Virus record (IMG/VR): IMGVR_UViG_3300026097_000876
Coordinates: 186,001-250,000 of that record
DNA length: 64,000 bases
Strand: one strand, 5' to 3'
The translations under genes were made by a program, and so were the position numbers. The notes under the pieces were generated by a model, which saw nothing but the letters and a program-made list of their open reading frames with translations, was not told where the DNA came from and made no database searches. This document shows positions 40,924-49,931 of the stretch, piece after piece. The number at the start of each line of letters is the position of its first letter. Position 1 is the first letter of the stretch.

Positions 40924-41996
40924 TGATTTCTTATGACGGCTGGGATAAGGAGTATCAAGAAAATCGAGAAGAATACTTGGAAGTGTTTGATCGTTTTATG
41001 AGTCAAATGAATTACGAAAATAATGAAGACTGGGAGCGTAGTTTTGCAGAACGTGTAGGTCGTAAACATTGTGTTAGTGTTGCTAGTGCCACAGATGCAC
41101 TACACTTTACGCTATTAGCACACGGTATTGGTACAGACGACGAAGTACTAGTAACAGACTTTAGTTGGATTAGTAGTTCAGCTTGCGTAAGTATGGTAGG
41201 TGCCACTCCAGTATTTTGCGACATTGACTTAGATACATATCATATGAGCTTAGACAGCATACAGCGCATGTACAGCAGTAAGACTAAGGCAATTGTATAT
41301 GTACACCTATTTGGTAACATGACTGACACAAGCGCAATACAAGCGTTCTGTGCAGAAAAAAATATACTGTTTATCGAAGATGCTGCACAGAGTTTAGGTA
41401 GTAGTCTCAACGGTGTTAGAGCAGGCACTATTGGCGATTGCAGTGTGTACAGTTTTAACTCAAACAAAGTTATTGCAGGCATCAACGGCGGCGGCGTTGT
41501 GTTAACCGACAACGAAGATATTGCAAAACGTGTAAAGCAGATTCGCAGACACGGCAAAGACAAAACATTCGACACGCTAGGCTACAACAGTCGCATGTAT
41601 GTGCTTAATGCAGAAATTATTAATCTGCGATTACAACGTGCAGAAGAAAATCAATCAAAGCGTCAAGATATTGCAAAACGTTACAACGAAGCATTTGCAG
41701 AGTTGTCTGTAGTAACACAAGCAATGTCAAACGGATTAAATCACAACTATCACAAATACGTAGTAAGATTCAAAGACAAGGACACTAGAAAGCGTGTTAA
41801 AGACGCCTTAAATGCTAGTATACACTACGAGACTCCGTTGAGTGCTAACGGTATGTACGACACACTACAGTGCAGGAGAGACGCTTGTACAGCGTCTGTG
41901 ACGGCATCTAATACTGTTTTATCGTTGCCGATACACGCTTGGTTAACTGAGGATGAAATAAGTAATATTATCAAACTAGTTAAGGATAACATATGA
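40923..41996 (+). CDS. DegT/DnrJ/EryC1/StrS family PLP-dependent aminotransferase
   Basis: SATDAL, GATPVFCDID, VHLFG, IEDAAQS, SFNSNK (PLP lysine), GGGVV, GYNSRM, LSLPIH. Confidence 0.93.
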   Translation: MISYDGWDKEYQENREEYLEVFDRFMSQMNYENNEDWERSFAERVGRKHCVSVASATDALHFTLLAHGIGTDDEVLVTDFSWISSSACVSMVGATPVFCDIDLDTYHMSLDSIQRMYSSKTKAIVYVHLFGNMTDTSAIQAFCAEKNILFIEDAAQSLGSSLNGVRAGTIGDCSVYSFNSNKVIAGINGGGVVLTDNEDIAKRVKQIRRHGKDKTFDTLGYNSRMYVLNAEIINLRLQRAEENQSKRQDIAKRYNEAFAELSVVTQAMSNGLNHNYHKYVVRFKDKDTRKRVKDALNASIHYETPLSANGMYDTLQCRRDACTASVTASNTVLSLPIHAWLTEDEISNIIKLVKDNI

Positions 41997-42712
41997 TAGA
42001 AGAATTATTTGGTAAAAGAAAACATGTTGTACATTATGATACAGAAATTATTCCTACACGATCCGAAGTAGAAGAAATACTAAGAGTAGGGTATTCTCTA
42101 GCAACATCCAAACAGAAGGCTTATGCCTATAAGTTTTGGATATTAGGACCAAATAAAGAACGCAGTCACATGTTATGGGAAATGGCTGAAGGTAGGAAAA
42201 TTGATGTGGATTACGAAGCATACGGTACTACTACAAAAGATAAAAAATATGTTGCTAATCCCGCTTTGTTCCATCTAAAAAGTTCTCCGTGGACTTTTTT
42301 GGTTACTCCGAGAACTTCGTCCCCTAATCCGCATTTTAAGTATGCATTTGAAACTGCTGGCAGTAAATGGCAGTTAGAAGACAGGGACTTTGTTAATACA
42401 AAAAACAGAGAATCAAATGCCATAGATGTAGGAATGGTGGCAAAAACAATCAGCGGAGCCGCATTTGAAAAAGGTTGGGATGTATCATACAATATCTGTT
42501 TTGAAAACGACAAAACAAAATGGCCAAAGTGTCTTCCATTCATTAGTGACCATGCTACAGGTTTTAGGCCTGTAATGATGATGACCTTAGGAAAAGGAAA
42601 AAAATATTATTATGAAAGATTGATTAGTGACGGCACAATCGCAAATGATCCTAAATATAATGCAGATCCTCCTTTTGAAACTATTTTCGAATTTTTTGAC
42701 GAGAACAAATGA
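41993..42712 (+). CDS. Nitroreductase-fold protein 1
   Basis: KRKHVVHYD, ATSKQKAYAYKFWILGP, IDVGM, MTLGKG. Confidence 0.65.
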   Translation: MIEELFGKRKHVVHYDTEIIPTRSEVEEILRVGYSLATSKQKAYAYKFWILGPNKERSHMLWEMAEGRKIDVDYEAYGTTTKDKKYVANPALFHLKSSPWTFLVTPRTSSPNPHFKYAFETAGSKWQLEDRDFVNTKNRESNAIDVGMVAKTISGAAFEKGWDVSYNICFENDKTKWPKCLPFISDHATGFRPVMMMTLGKGKKYYYERLISDGTIANDPKYNADPPFETIFEFFDENK

Positions 42713-43398
42713 TGGAAAATTATAAGTATGTTTTAGAGTATGATAATTCTGCATTTATTGATCCTACTCATATTGATAATGCATTAGAATATGCTTGGAA
42801 GGTAACTCCGTCAAAACAAAATTTTATGCCTTATAAGGTGCATGTTCTCTCACCCGAAGCTGAAGGGCATAAACAAATTTTATACAACAAAGCACTCATT
42901 CAACAAGCGCGAGGATCAGGAATTAAGATAAAAAATTCTAAAGCCTTGCAAAAATATGATCAGCGATTAAAGAATGATGACATGCAACCTTTTTTTCGTA
43001 ATTTAAAAACAGCTCCGTATGTTTTTATATTTGCACAGCGGGTTGAAGACGAACCTAATCCATTCCAGCAACATAATATCAATTATGGATTAACATATTG
43101 TCAAACAGAGAATAGCGACCCCGGACATGCACACGGTAAAGATATTGCAAGAATTGAAATAGGCATGTTCAGTGCAAATCTTGCATCGCATTTGTTAACT
43201 AATAAGATAGATGTTTCTTTTACACAGTGTTTTCCTGGTGAGCTTGACACTTGGACTGAAAAAGAATTTAAATTTTTAAAAGATGACGTTCTTTTAATTA
43301 TGACGGCAGGCAAAGGCAAAATATATAGAAGAGATCTTAAATCACAAGAAAAAGATCTAAAACCAAATTTTAAAAGAATAGTAAACAAGGAAGTATAA
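42709..43398 (+). CDS. Nitroreductase-fold protein 2
   Basis: AWKVTPSKQNFMPYKVHVL, TAPYVFIF, IEIGMFSANL, MTAGKG. Confidence 0.7.
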   Translation: MMENYKYVLEYDNSAFIDPTHIDNALEYAWKVTPSKQNFMPYKVHVLSPEAEGHKQILYNKALIQQARGSGIKIKNSKALQKYDQRLKNDDMQPFFRNLKTAPYVFIFAQRVEDEPNPFQQHNINYGLTYCQTENSDPGHAHGKDIARIEIGMFSANLASHLLTNKIDVSFTQCFPGELDTWTEKEFKFLKDDVLLIMTAGKGKIYRRDLKSQEKDLKPNFKRIVNKEV

Positions 43399-44078
43399 TG
43401 ATTAAAAAGATTTTAGACAAATGGAAATATGTTCTTGCATTCGATACTGAACACAGAACAGACAAAACTGTTATTAAAGACATAATGCATACAGCTTGGC
43501 AGACAACGCCGAGCAAAAACAGTTTCATGCCTTATAGAGTTCATGTATTTGGCCCAGGAGAAGAAAAGTCAAAAAGAATAATATATGAAACAAGTGCCGC
43601 AAAAGAGAAAAATTCAAACAGCAGAAATTCGAACCCCGATCAATGGGAAGTTAATTCAAATAAAGCAAGTTTATTAACAGCTGAATATATCCTGGTATTC
43701 ACTCCGAGAGCAGAAGATAATCCTAGTCCTTGGCAAATTCATCTACACAACGGCGGGTGCTACATGGATGCATGGTACGAAGACAAATTAAAAAAATATA
43801 GGGCAACAATTTTAGTAGAAGTTGGGTTATTTGCACAAGCAGTCTCTACATTGTGTTTAGAACAAGGTCTGCATACTAACTACATTTCATCATTTGAATC
43901 AGATTTAGAATACTGGAAAGATCTTGACTTTATAAAGCATCCACCTTGTCTAATTATGGGAATAGGTAAGGCTAAGTATTTTCGTAGAGAATGGATGAAA
44001 AAAATCGGATGGGACGAAGGTGATCATAAACCGAGCTTCAGCAGTGTAGTTAATTTCCATGGAATTGATACCGAATGA
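43398..44078 (+). CDS. Nitroreductase-fold protein 3
   Basis: AWQTTPSKNSFMPYRVHVFGP, VEVGLFAQAV...GLHTNYI, MGIGK. Confidence 0.7.
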   Translation: MIKKILDKWKYVLAFDTEHRTDKTVIKDIMHTAWQTTPSKNSFMPYRVHVFGPGEEKSKRIIYETSAAKEKNSNSRNSNPDQWEVNSNKASLLTAEYILVFTPRAEDNPSPWQIHLHNGGCYMDAWYEDKLKKYRATILVEVGLFAQAVSTLCLEQGLHTNYISSFESDLEYWKDLDFIKHPPCLIMGIGKAKYFRREWMKKIGWDEGDHKPSFSSVVNFHGIDTE

Positions 44079-44713
44079 TGTCAACCGATCAAATGGAAAA
44101 TAATTTTTTTAACCGAACTGAAGTAAATGTGGATATTGCATATAGATGTGCTCTTGACTGTCCGAGATGTCAACGTTGGAGGGTCTATAGAAAGCATAAC
44201 AAGAAAGTTCCAGGTTATGACATGACCATGACTGAGTTTAAAAGAATTGTCTCACACTTTACTGAAGTTAGTTTTTGCGGACAGTATTCTGATCCAATTC
44301 ATCATCCGAAATTTATTGATTTTCTAAAACTATGCAAGGATAAAGGTATAAAAGCATCTGTGCATAATGCATCATCTGCTAAATCAGAAGATTGGTATAT
44401 TCAAGCATTTAAAGCAAATCCCAATGCTCAATGGTTTTTTGGAATAGACGGGTTGCCTCATCAGAGCCATCAGTATAGAATTAATCAAGATGGCGTAAAA
44501 CTTTATAATATTATGCTAGAAGCAAAAAAGTATTTAAAAACAAAACCAATATGGCAGTACATCATTTTTAATTACAATGAAAATCATGTCGAAGAAGCTA
44601 AAAAAATGGCTGACGACGACGACGTCTATTTTATGTTAGTAAGATCTTCTAGGTGGGACCGAGACGATCCATTAATGCCTACTCTTAAAGAATATAAGTT
44701 AAATAGATTATGA
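44075..44713 (+). CDS. Radical SAM protein (core only), paralogue of 39614
   Basis: CALDCPRC; FCGQYSDPIHHP; FGIDG; WQYIIFNYNENH. Confidence 0.85.
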   Translation: MMSTDQMENNFFNRTEVNVDIAYRCALDCPRCQRWRVYRKHNKKVPGYDMTMTEFKRIVSHFTEVSFCGQYSDPIHHPKFIDFLKLCKDKGIKASVHNASSAKSEDWYIQAFKANPNAQWFFGIDGLPHQSHQYRINQDGVKLYNIMLEAKKYLKTKPIWQYIIFNYNENHVEEAKKMADDDDVYFMLVRSSRWDRDDPLMPTLKEYKLNRL

Positions 44714-45045
44714 CTGTAGAATTAAAACCAAAATGTTTTGAAGATCAGCAGATGGCTGTAACTAATAGAGGTCATTTAATACCTTGTTGTTATTGCGATA
44801 CTCAGCATACTATGAATGATTTAGAATTTCAAAAACTATTGAAAGTTAGCAAAATAAGCGACTATAACAGTATAGAAGAAATTTTGAATACAAACGAATG
44901 GAAAGAGTTTTATAAAAATCTGCAACAAAATATTGGGCCTCGTGCTTGTCAGACTGTCTGTGCTAAAAATAAAAAAGACCCGTTAAATATTAAAGAAATA
45001 GAAGACGGTCGAACAGGAAAAATTATACATACTAGAATTGCATAG
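44710..45045 (+). CDS. Stand-alone Twitch/SPASM-like Fe-S protein, paralogue of 39274
   Basis: PKC...GHLIPCCYCD...ACQTVC. Confidence 0.65.
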   Translation: MTVELKPKCFEDQQMAVTNRGHLIPCCYCDTQHTMNDLEFQKLLKVSKISDYNSIEEILNTNEWKEFYKNLQQNIGPRACQTVCAKNKKDPLNIKEIEDGRTGKIIHTRIA

Positions 45046-45064
45046 CAACATATGGAAGATTAAA

Positions 45065-45736
45065 ATGTTAGAAGAGTTAATGCTGAAAAGGCAACAAGTA
45101 AGATTTTTTGATAGAGAAAACTATCCTAGCGAAAAAATAATTTACTCAATCTTAGAAAAAACTTATCAAATAGTTCCATCTAAACAAAATTTAGTGCCTT
45201 ACAAAGTCCATGTGTTAGGTCCAAGCATGGAAGAACATAAAAGAGAGTTATATCTTTTATCTTCTAAACAACAGCTAGGTGACAAGTTAAATTATAACGA
45301 ACTTGCCAAACGTAATAGCGGAAATACACAGTTGTTGGCTCCTTATGTTCTACTTTTTGAAAAAAGATTACCAGAACCTAACGATTTTGTAAAAAAAGAA
45401 ATGCTCCTAGGACATAAATTTAATGAATGTTTGCCCGAACAACAAAGAAATCAAAGGATAGCTACAGCTATCGAGGTGGGTATGTTTACAGCAATGCTAT
45501 CTGGGTTTTGTATGGAGGAAGATATTTCTCTAAGTTATATAGGATGCCTTCCTGGAAACCCAGAAACCTACAAAAATAATCCTTCTGTCAATTTTGATTT
45601 TATCGAACAACACATTTTTTTAGGGATAGGCATAGGTTACCAAGACTATTCTATCGAAGAAAATCTTAGATTATCTCGTTTACAAAATTGTGGAGAGATA
45701 AAACCTAAAAGTGATAATGTAATTGTTAAACATTAA
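45065..45736 (+). CDS. Nitroreductase-fold protein 4
   Basis: KRQQVRFFD, VPSKQNLVPYKVHVLGP, IEVGMF, GIGIGY; ATG 45065 preferred over TTG 45038. Confidence 0.7.
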   Translation: MLEELMLKRQQVRFFDRENYPSEKIIYSILEKTYQIVPSKQNLVPYKVHVLGPSMEEHKRELYLLSSKQQLGDKLNYNELAKRNSGNTQLLAPYVLLFEKRLPEPNDFVKKEMLLGHKFNECLPEQQRNQRIATAIEVGMFTAMLSGFCMEEDISLSYIGCLPGNPETYKNNPSVNFDFIEQHIFLGIGIGYQDYSIEENLRLSRLQNCGEIKPKSDNVIVKH

Positions 45737-45741
45737 TGGTG

Positions 45742-45770
45742 TTGACAATTCATATTAATTAGTGTATAAT
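45742..45770 (+). promoter_or_regulatory. Sigma70-type promoter
   Basis: TTGACA-17 bp-TATAAT, perfect consensus, upstream of AGGA and ATG 45799. Confidence 0.85.
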
Positions 45771-45798
45771 ATAAGAAAATAAGTATAGGAAAATAAAA

Positions 45799-46635
45799 AT
45801 GTTTCTAACCCTTGAAGATTTAAAAGGTTCAGAATATCGTACAGTAGACTTTTATATGACAAAAAGTTGTAATAAGAGTTGCCATTATTGTACTGCATGG
45901 ACTCTTGAAATGCGTAATCTTGATGTTGACATGGATTTTTTGCGTACTATTTTAGAAGGTCTTGCTCCTTATAAAACACGTATTTGTTTGCTCGGCGGTG
46001 AACCTGGACTTGTTAAGAACTTAAGAGAAGTTATTGCCGAAATTAAAAAGTATCCCAATCTAGTAGTACAGGTACTTTCTAACAGTCTTATACGTAAATT
46101 TTATCCAGAAGTATTAGAAGATCCTGAGATTATTTACATCGAACATTTAGTGTTGGACTTTTACGAAGATCGAATTGAAAAGTTAGGTAACTATGATTTC
46201 TTTGAACCTAATGATCTAAACAATTATAATCTTATAATTGAAACACCTGGATACTTTGATTACAGAGACAAACATGATTTGTCTTATCTTATGCACAAAA
46301 ATACAGAATTTAAAGAATATAATTCACGCTCTCCGGATTTCTTTTCAGATCATAAAATTGTACAAGCGCCAGAAATTGAAAGACGAGTATGTGCTAAGTT
46401 TCCGCAAGTTCCTGTGTTTGATTTTGAAATACAAAAAATTAGACATTGTAGCAGGAAAGTTATTAACGGTAGCCGTCAATTTGATGTTACTAAAGAAAAT
46501 ATTGAAAAGATGATGAACTACGAACTTTTTGAATTCGAAAACTATTGCAAAGGTTGTATGGATATTATTCCTCCGAGGCCAGTAGCACGTAGATTAGAAA
46601 TATTAGAAAAAATAGCATTAGAAGATATCACATGA
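45799..46635 (+). CDS. Radical SAM protein with C-terminal auxiliary cysteines
   Basis: CNKSCHYC, LGGEPG; C-terminal C...HC...CKGC. Confidence 0.85.
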   Translation: MFLTLEDLKGSEYRTVDFYMTKSCNKSCHYCTAWTLEMRNLDVDMDFLRTILEGLAPYKTRICLLGGEPGLVKNLREVIAEIKKYPNLVVQVLSNSLIRKFYPEVLEDPEIIYIEHLVLDFYEDRIEKLGNYDFFEPNDLNNYNLIIETPGYFDYRDKHDLSYLMHKNTEFKEYNSRSPDFFSDHKIVQAPEIERRVCAKFPQVPVFDFEIQKIRHCSRKVINGSRQFDVTKENIEKMMNYELFEFENYCKGCMDIIPPRPVARRLEILEKIALEDIT

Positions 46636-48095
46636 AGTTTTATGCAGTAGCCTTAAATATGCACGATCATAATACATATGACGGTGTAACACACTATCAA
46701 CTAGAAAGACACACCCGTGCTAAACATAATCTAAATTATAAAAATGTTCATGATCCAGAACCGAGTAAACGTTTTTTTGATAATTTTGTAAAGACTAATG
46801 ATAAAGTACTTTGCTTTACTGTTTCTAATCTAGGACAAGAATTTGTATTAGACCGGATTGAAAAAAAATTCGGAAAAGACTTTTTAAACTTCAGACCTAG
46901 CCATATCTGGGATTGTTATCATACCGATGATTTTTATTATATCGATCATCATCAAAGTCATGCTACCTATGCTCTTCTAAGTTCAGGATTTCCGGAAAGT
47001 GACATTCTTGCTATCGACGGCAGAGGTTGGCAATTTAATTGTATTTTTGTTAACAAAGAAGGAAGAATAAAAGATCTTACAGATGAATTATCTATTGGCG
47101 GACTTTGGAATAGGCTATCGCAAGATCTTGGTTTTGGATATTTAGGCGCAGGTAAAGTAATGGGTCTTGCTGGTTACGGTAAGTATGATCATAGGGTTCA
47201 CGCTATGTTAGAAGTATATCTCACTAATGATAATAACCTTCCTAACTGGTATAAAAAAATTATCGACAGCTGCAACAAAGAAGATATTGCTTTTACTCTA
47301 CAATATGTTACAGAAGAATTAATTAAAAAATATGTATATCCTCTCAAAACTAGTGACAATTTGTGTGTAGCAGGCGGAGTAGCATATAATGGCTACATGA
47401 ATGAGGAATTTACTAAACATTATAAAAACGTACATGTACCGCCTGCTGTTGGTGACGAAGGTCAGGCAATAGGTACTTACATGCATGCCGAATATGTAGT
47501 AAACGGAAATGTACACATTCCTTGTGTATACTCTGGTGTTGAACATAAGTACACACTACCAGATACATTTGAAGATTTGAATATCCCTAAACTGGCACAA
47601 CAAATAGCAGATGGCAAAATAGTAGGATGGTTCCAAGGAAAGAGTGAAAGTGGTAATAGAGCACTAGGCAATCGTAGTATACTTGCAGATCCACGCAATC
47701 CCGATATTAAAGATATTATTAACAGTAAGATTAAACTACGTGAAGACTTTAGACCGTTTGCTCCTAGCGTACTAGAAGAACATTATACAGAATATTTTGA
47801 TACTAATCAGCCATCGCCTTATATGAGCAGGATTGTAAAAGTTAAAGGTAACATCATACCGGGCGTAACTCACGTAGACAGTACAGCAAGGATTCAAACT
47901 GTTAATAAAACACAGAATCAAAAATTTTATGATTTAATTAACGAATTTTATAAAATTACAGGAGTTCCTATGTTACTTAACACAAGTTTTAACTGTCAAG
48001 AACCTATTGTAGAAACTCCGCACGAAGCATATGAAACTTATAACAAAACTTCTTTGGATATTCTTGTTATTAATGATAAAGTGATTGAAAAATGA
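46632..48095 (+). CDS. Carbamoyltransferase (NodU/CmcH/TobZ family)
   Basis: HHQSHA, IDGRG, GKVMGLAGYG, AGGVAYN, GDEGQAIG, RALGNRSILADP, REDFRPFAPS, HVDSTARIQTV, LLNTSFN. Confidence 0.95.
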   Translation: MKFYAVALNMHDHNTYDGVTHYQLERHTRAKHNLNYKNVHDPEPSKRFFDNFVKTNDKVLCFTVSNLGQEFVLDRIEKKFGKDFLNFRPSHIWDCYHTDDFYYIDHHQSHATYALLSSGFPESDILAIDGRGWQFNCIFVNKEGRIKDLTDELSIGGLWNRLSQDLGFGYLGAGKVMGLAGYGKYDHRVHAMLEVYLTNDNNLPNWYKKIIDSCNKEDIAFTLQYVTEELIKKYVYPLKTSDNLCVAGGVAYNGYMNEEFTKHYKNVHVPPAVGDEGQAIGTYMHAEYVVNGNVHIPCVYSGVEHKYTLPDTFEDLNIPKLAQQIADGKIVGWFQGKSESGNRALGNRSILADPRNPDIKDIINSKIKLREDFRPFAPSVLEEHYTEYFDTNQPSPYMSRIVKVKGNIIPGVTHVDSTARIQTVNKTQNQKFYDLINEFYKITGVPMLLNTSFNCQEPIVETPHEAYETYNKTSLDILVINDKVIEK

Positions 48096-48697
48096 TAGAC
48101 GAAATTATTTTTAGAAATGTACTAAAAGAAATTAAACAAAATTCAGAATATGCTGACGATATTATTGATTCATTCAGTGACAATCAGTTTATTGCTAAAC
48201 GCAAAGTTTTAGAATATGCTAATAGATTAAATATACTAGATAAAGATTCAGAAGTAATTATTTTTGGATCTTGGTACGGAAGTATTTTAATTCCTGGATT
48301 AGTTGATAAAGTAAAAAAAATTAGTTGTATTGATATTGACAAACGAGTTTTACAAACTGCAAAAAATAGATTCTTCAAAGATTATACCAATATAGATTAT
48401 ATTGCAGGCAACGTATTTGATTTAGATCTCAAAAGATATCACACGGCTAATCTTTTTATAAACACGTCGTGCGAACATATGCCGTCGATGAAGGAATTTT
48501 TATACTGGCCTGACCAAACCCATTTTGTCTTCACAAGTAATGATATGTTCAACATCGAAGGACACATAAATTGTGTAAACAGTTTAGATGAATTTAAAGA
48601 ACAATTGCCCGAACGTGCAGAAGTATTGTATGAAGAAGAAGTAGAGGATACCAGAGGCACACGTTATATACTAGTCGGAAAAATTAACGGTATTTAA
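48092..48697 (+). CDS. Class I SAM-dependent methyltransferase-like protein
   Basis: IFGSWYG glycine loop, CIDID, INTSCEHM. Confidence 0.65.
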   Translation: MIDEIIFRNVLKEIKQNSEYADDIIDSFSDNQFIAKRKVLEYANRLNILDKDSEVIIFGSWYGSILIPGLVDKVKKISCIDIDKRVLQTAKNRFFKDYTNIDYIAGNVFDLDLKRYHTANLFINTSCEHMPSMKEFLYWPDQTHFVFTSNDMFNIEGHINCVNSLDEFKEQLPERAEVLYEEEVEDTRGTRYILVGKINGI

Positions 48698-49931
48698 TTC
48701 GTATACTTCTTGTAAACTGATCTAATTTTTGATAAATTTCTTCTACAGTTTTGCCTAGTAGAATTAATTGTCCGTTTTGATGCCCTATACTTGCATTCCA
48801 ATTGTCTGGTATTACACTCTTAGAAGTTAGTGTGCTACTAAAATGATGTACACTTTCATCTGCCTCAGGCCAGTCGATACTTTCAATTGTTCCGGGTGCA
48901 AATCTAAATTGTTTTCCTAAAGAATAATTAAACTGCGTATCATGTTTTTGCGTAAAGTCTGAAATATAGTCTTTCGAATTTAGCTTAACTAATTCTCGAG
49001 TTACATTATAACCGTATATTTTATGAAAACTTGTTGCAGTATGACTACTACCAGGACGCAAATTAGTTTCAATTACGTTAATTACATTTAAATCTTTATC
49101 GTAAAAAAATTCTGTTCGTAGAGCACCGTTTTTGATTTCGAGAACATCTGTTAGTTGTTGTAAAATTGATAGTACTTCGTCTGTTAAGAATTTTGGATCA
49201 CTAGGGAACAATGCTTCTTCGTAATAGAAATAAGGTAATCTTTCTTGCTCTAATTTGCTTTTTTGATCTCTAGCATAATGTGTGTAAGGTTTAATTATAC
49301 CGTCTTGTACATAACAGTTTACACCACTAAAATAATCAGCATCTGTATATTGTTGAACTAGATAATAATCATATTTCTTATCTAAATTCCATCCATTTGA
49401 ACGATCTTGATCATCCATGAATGATTTTAATTCAGCTGCATTATGTATTTGTTTAATTCCGTTGCTTCCTGCCCCGTAGTTAGGTTTTACAATACAGGGA
49501 TACTCCAATGTTGATAAGTCTTTAATTTCGTCATATCGATAGGACCAGTCTGGTCTAGGCAAATTTTGATTTTCTAATAATTTATGCCATGCTTCTTTAC
49601 TTGCACAGTGTGTTGCAGCAACTTCTCCAATGCCCTTAAATCCCATACGAGTGTTTACACATGCCATAGCCATGCTAGCATCGTTAGTACATGGGTGTGT
49701 AACAGTCATACTAGCGCCACTAGTTTTTGCAAGATTTACTAATGCATCGATATCCATATAACTTATAATATGAAATTCGTCTATCATGTCTTTTACTGTG
49801 TCGTAATAGTATTTGCTAGTAATATCCATAGGATGTGTTGCTACTATTTTATATCCAAGTGCTTGTGCTTCTCGCATATAAAGATAACTATCATCAAAAA
49901 CACCAATGTGTAATGCTACTTTATCCGCCAT
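48684..49931 (-). CDS. ATP-grasp ligase
   Basis: YPCIVKPNYGAGSNGI, YLVQQY, TEFF...VIETNLRPG; C-terminal domain like L-amino-acid ligases. Confidence 0.85.
   Translation of the reverse strand: MADKVALHIGVFDDSYLYMREAQALGYKIVATHPMDITSKYYYDTVKDMIDEFHIISYMDIDALVNLAKTSGASMTVTHPCTNDASMAMACVNTRMGFKGIGEVAATHCASKEAWHKLLENQNLPRPDWSYRYDEIKDLSTLEYPCIVKPNYGAGSNGIKQIHNAAELKSFMDDQDRSNGWNLDKKYDYYLVQQYTDADYFSGVNCYVQDGIIKPYTHYARDQKSKLEQERLPYFYYEEALFPSDPKFLTDEVLSILQQLTDVLEIKNGALRTEFFYDKDLNVINVIETNLRPGSSHTATSFHKIYGYNVTRELVKLNSKDYISDFTQKHDTQFNYSLGKQFRFAPGTIESIDWPEADESVHHFSSTLTSKSVIPDNWNASIGHQNGQLILLGKTVEEIYQKLDQFTRSIRIKYR

Noticed and set aside
44075-45045. Frameshifted or pseudogenised single radical SAM-SPASM gene
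   Set aside because: The junction is a standard ATGA stop/start overlap, and the paralogous pair at 39274-40357 is split in the reverse order.
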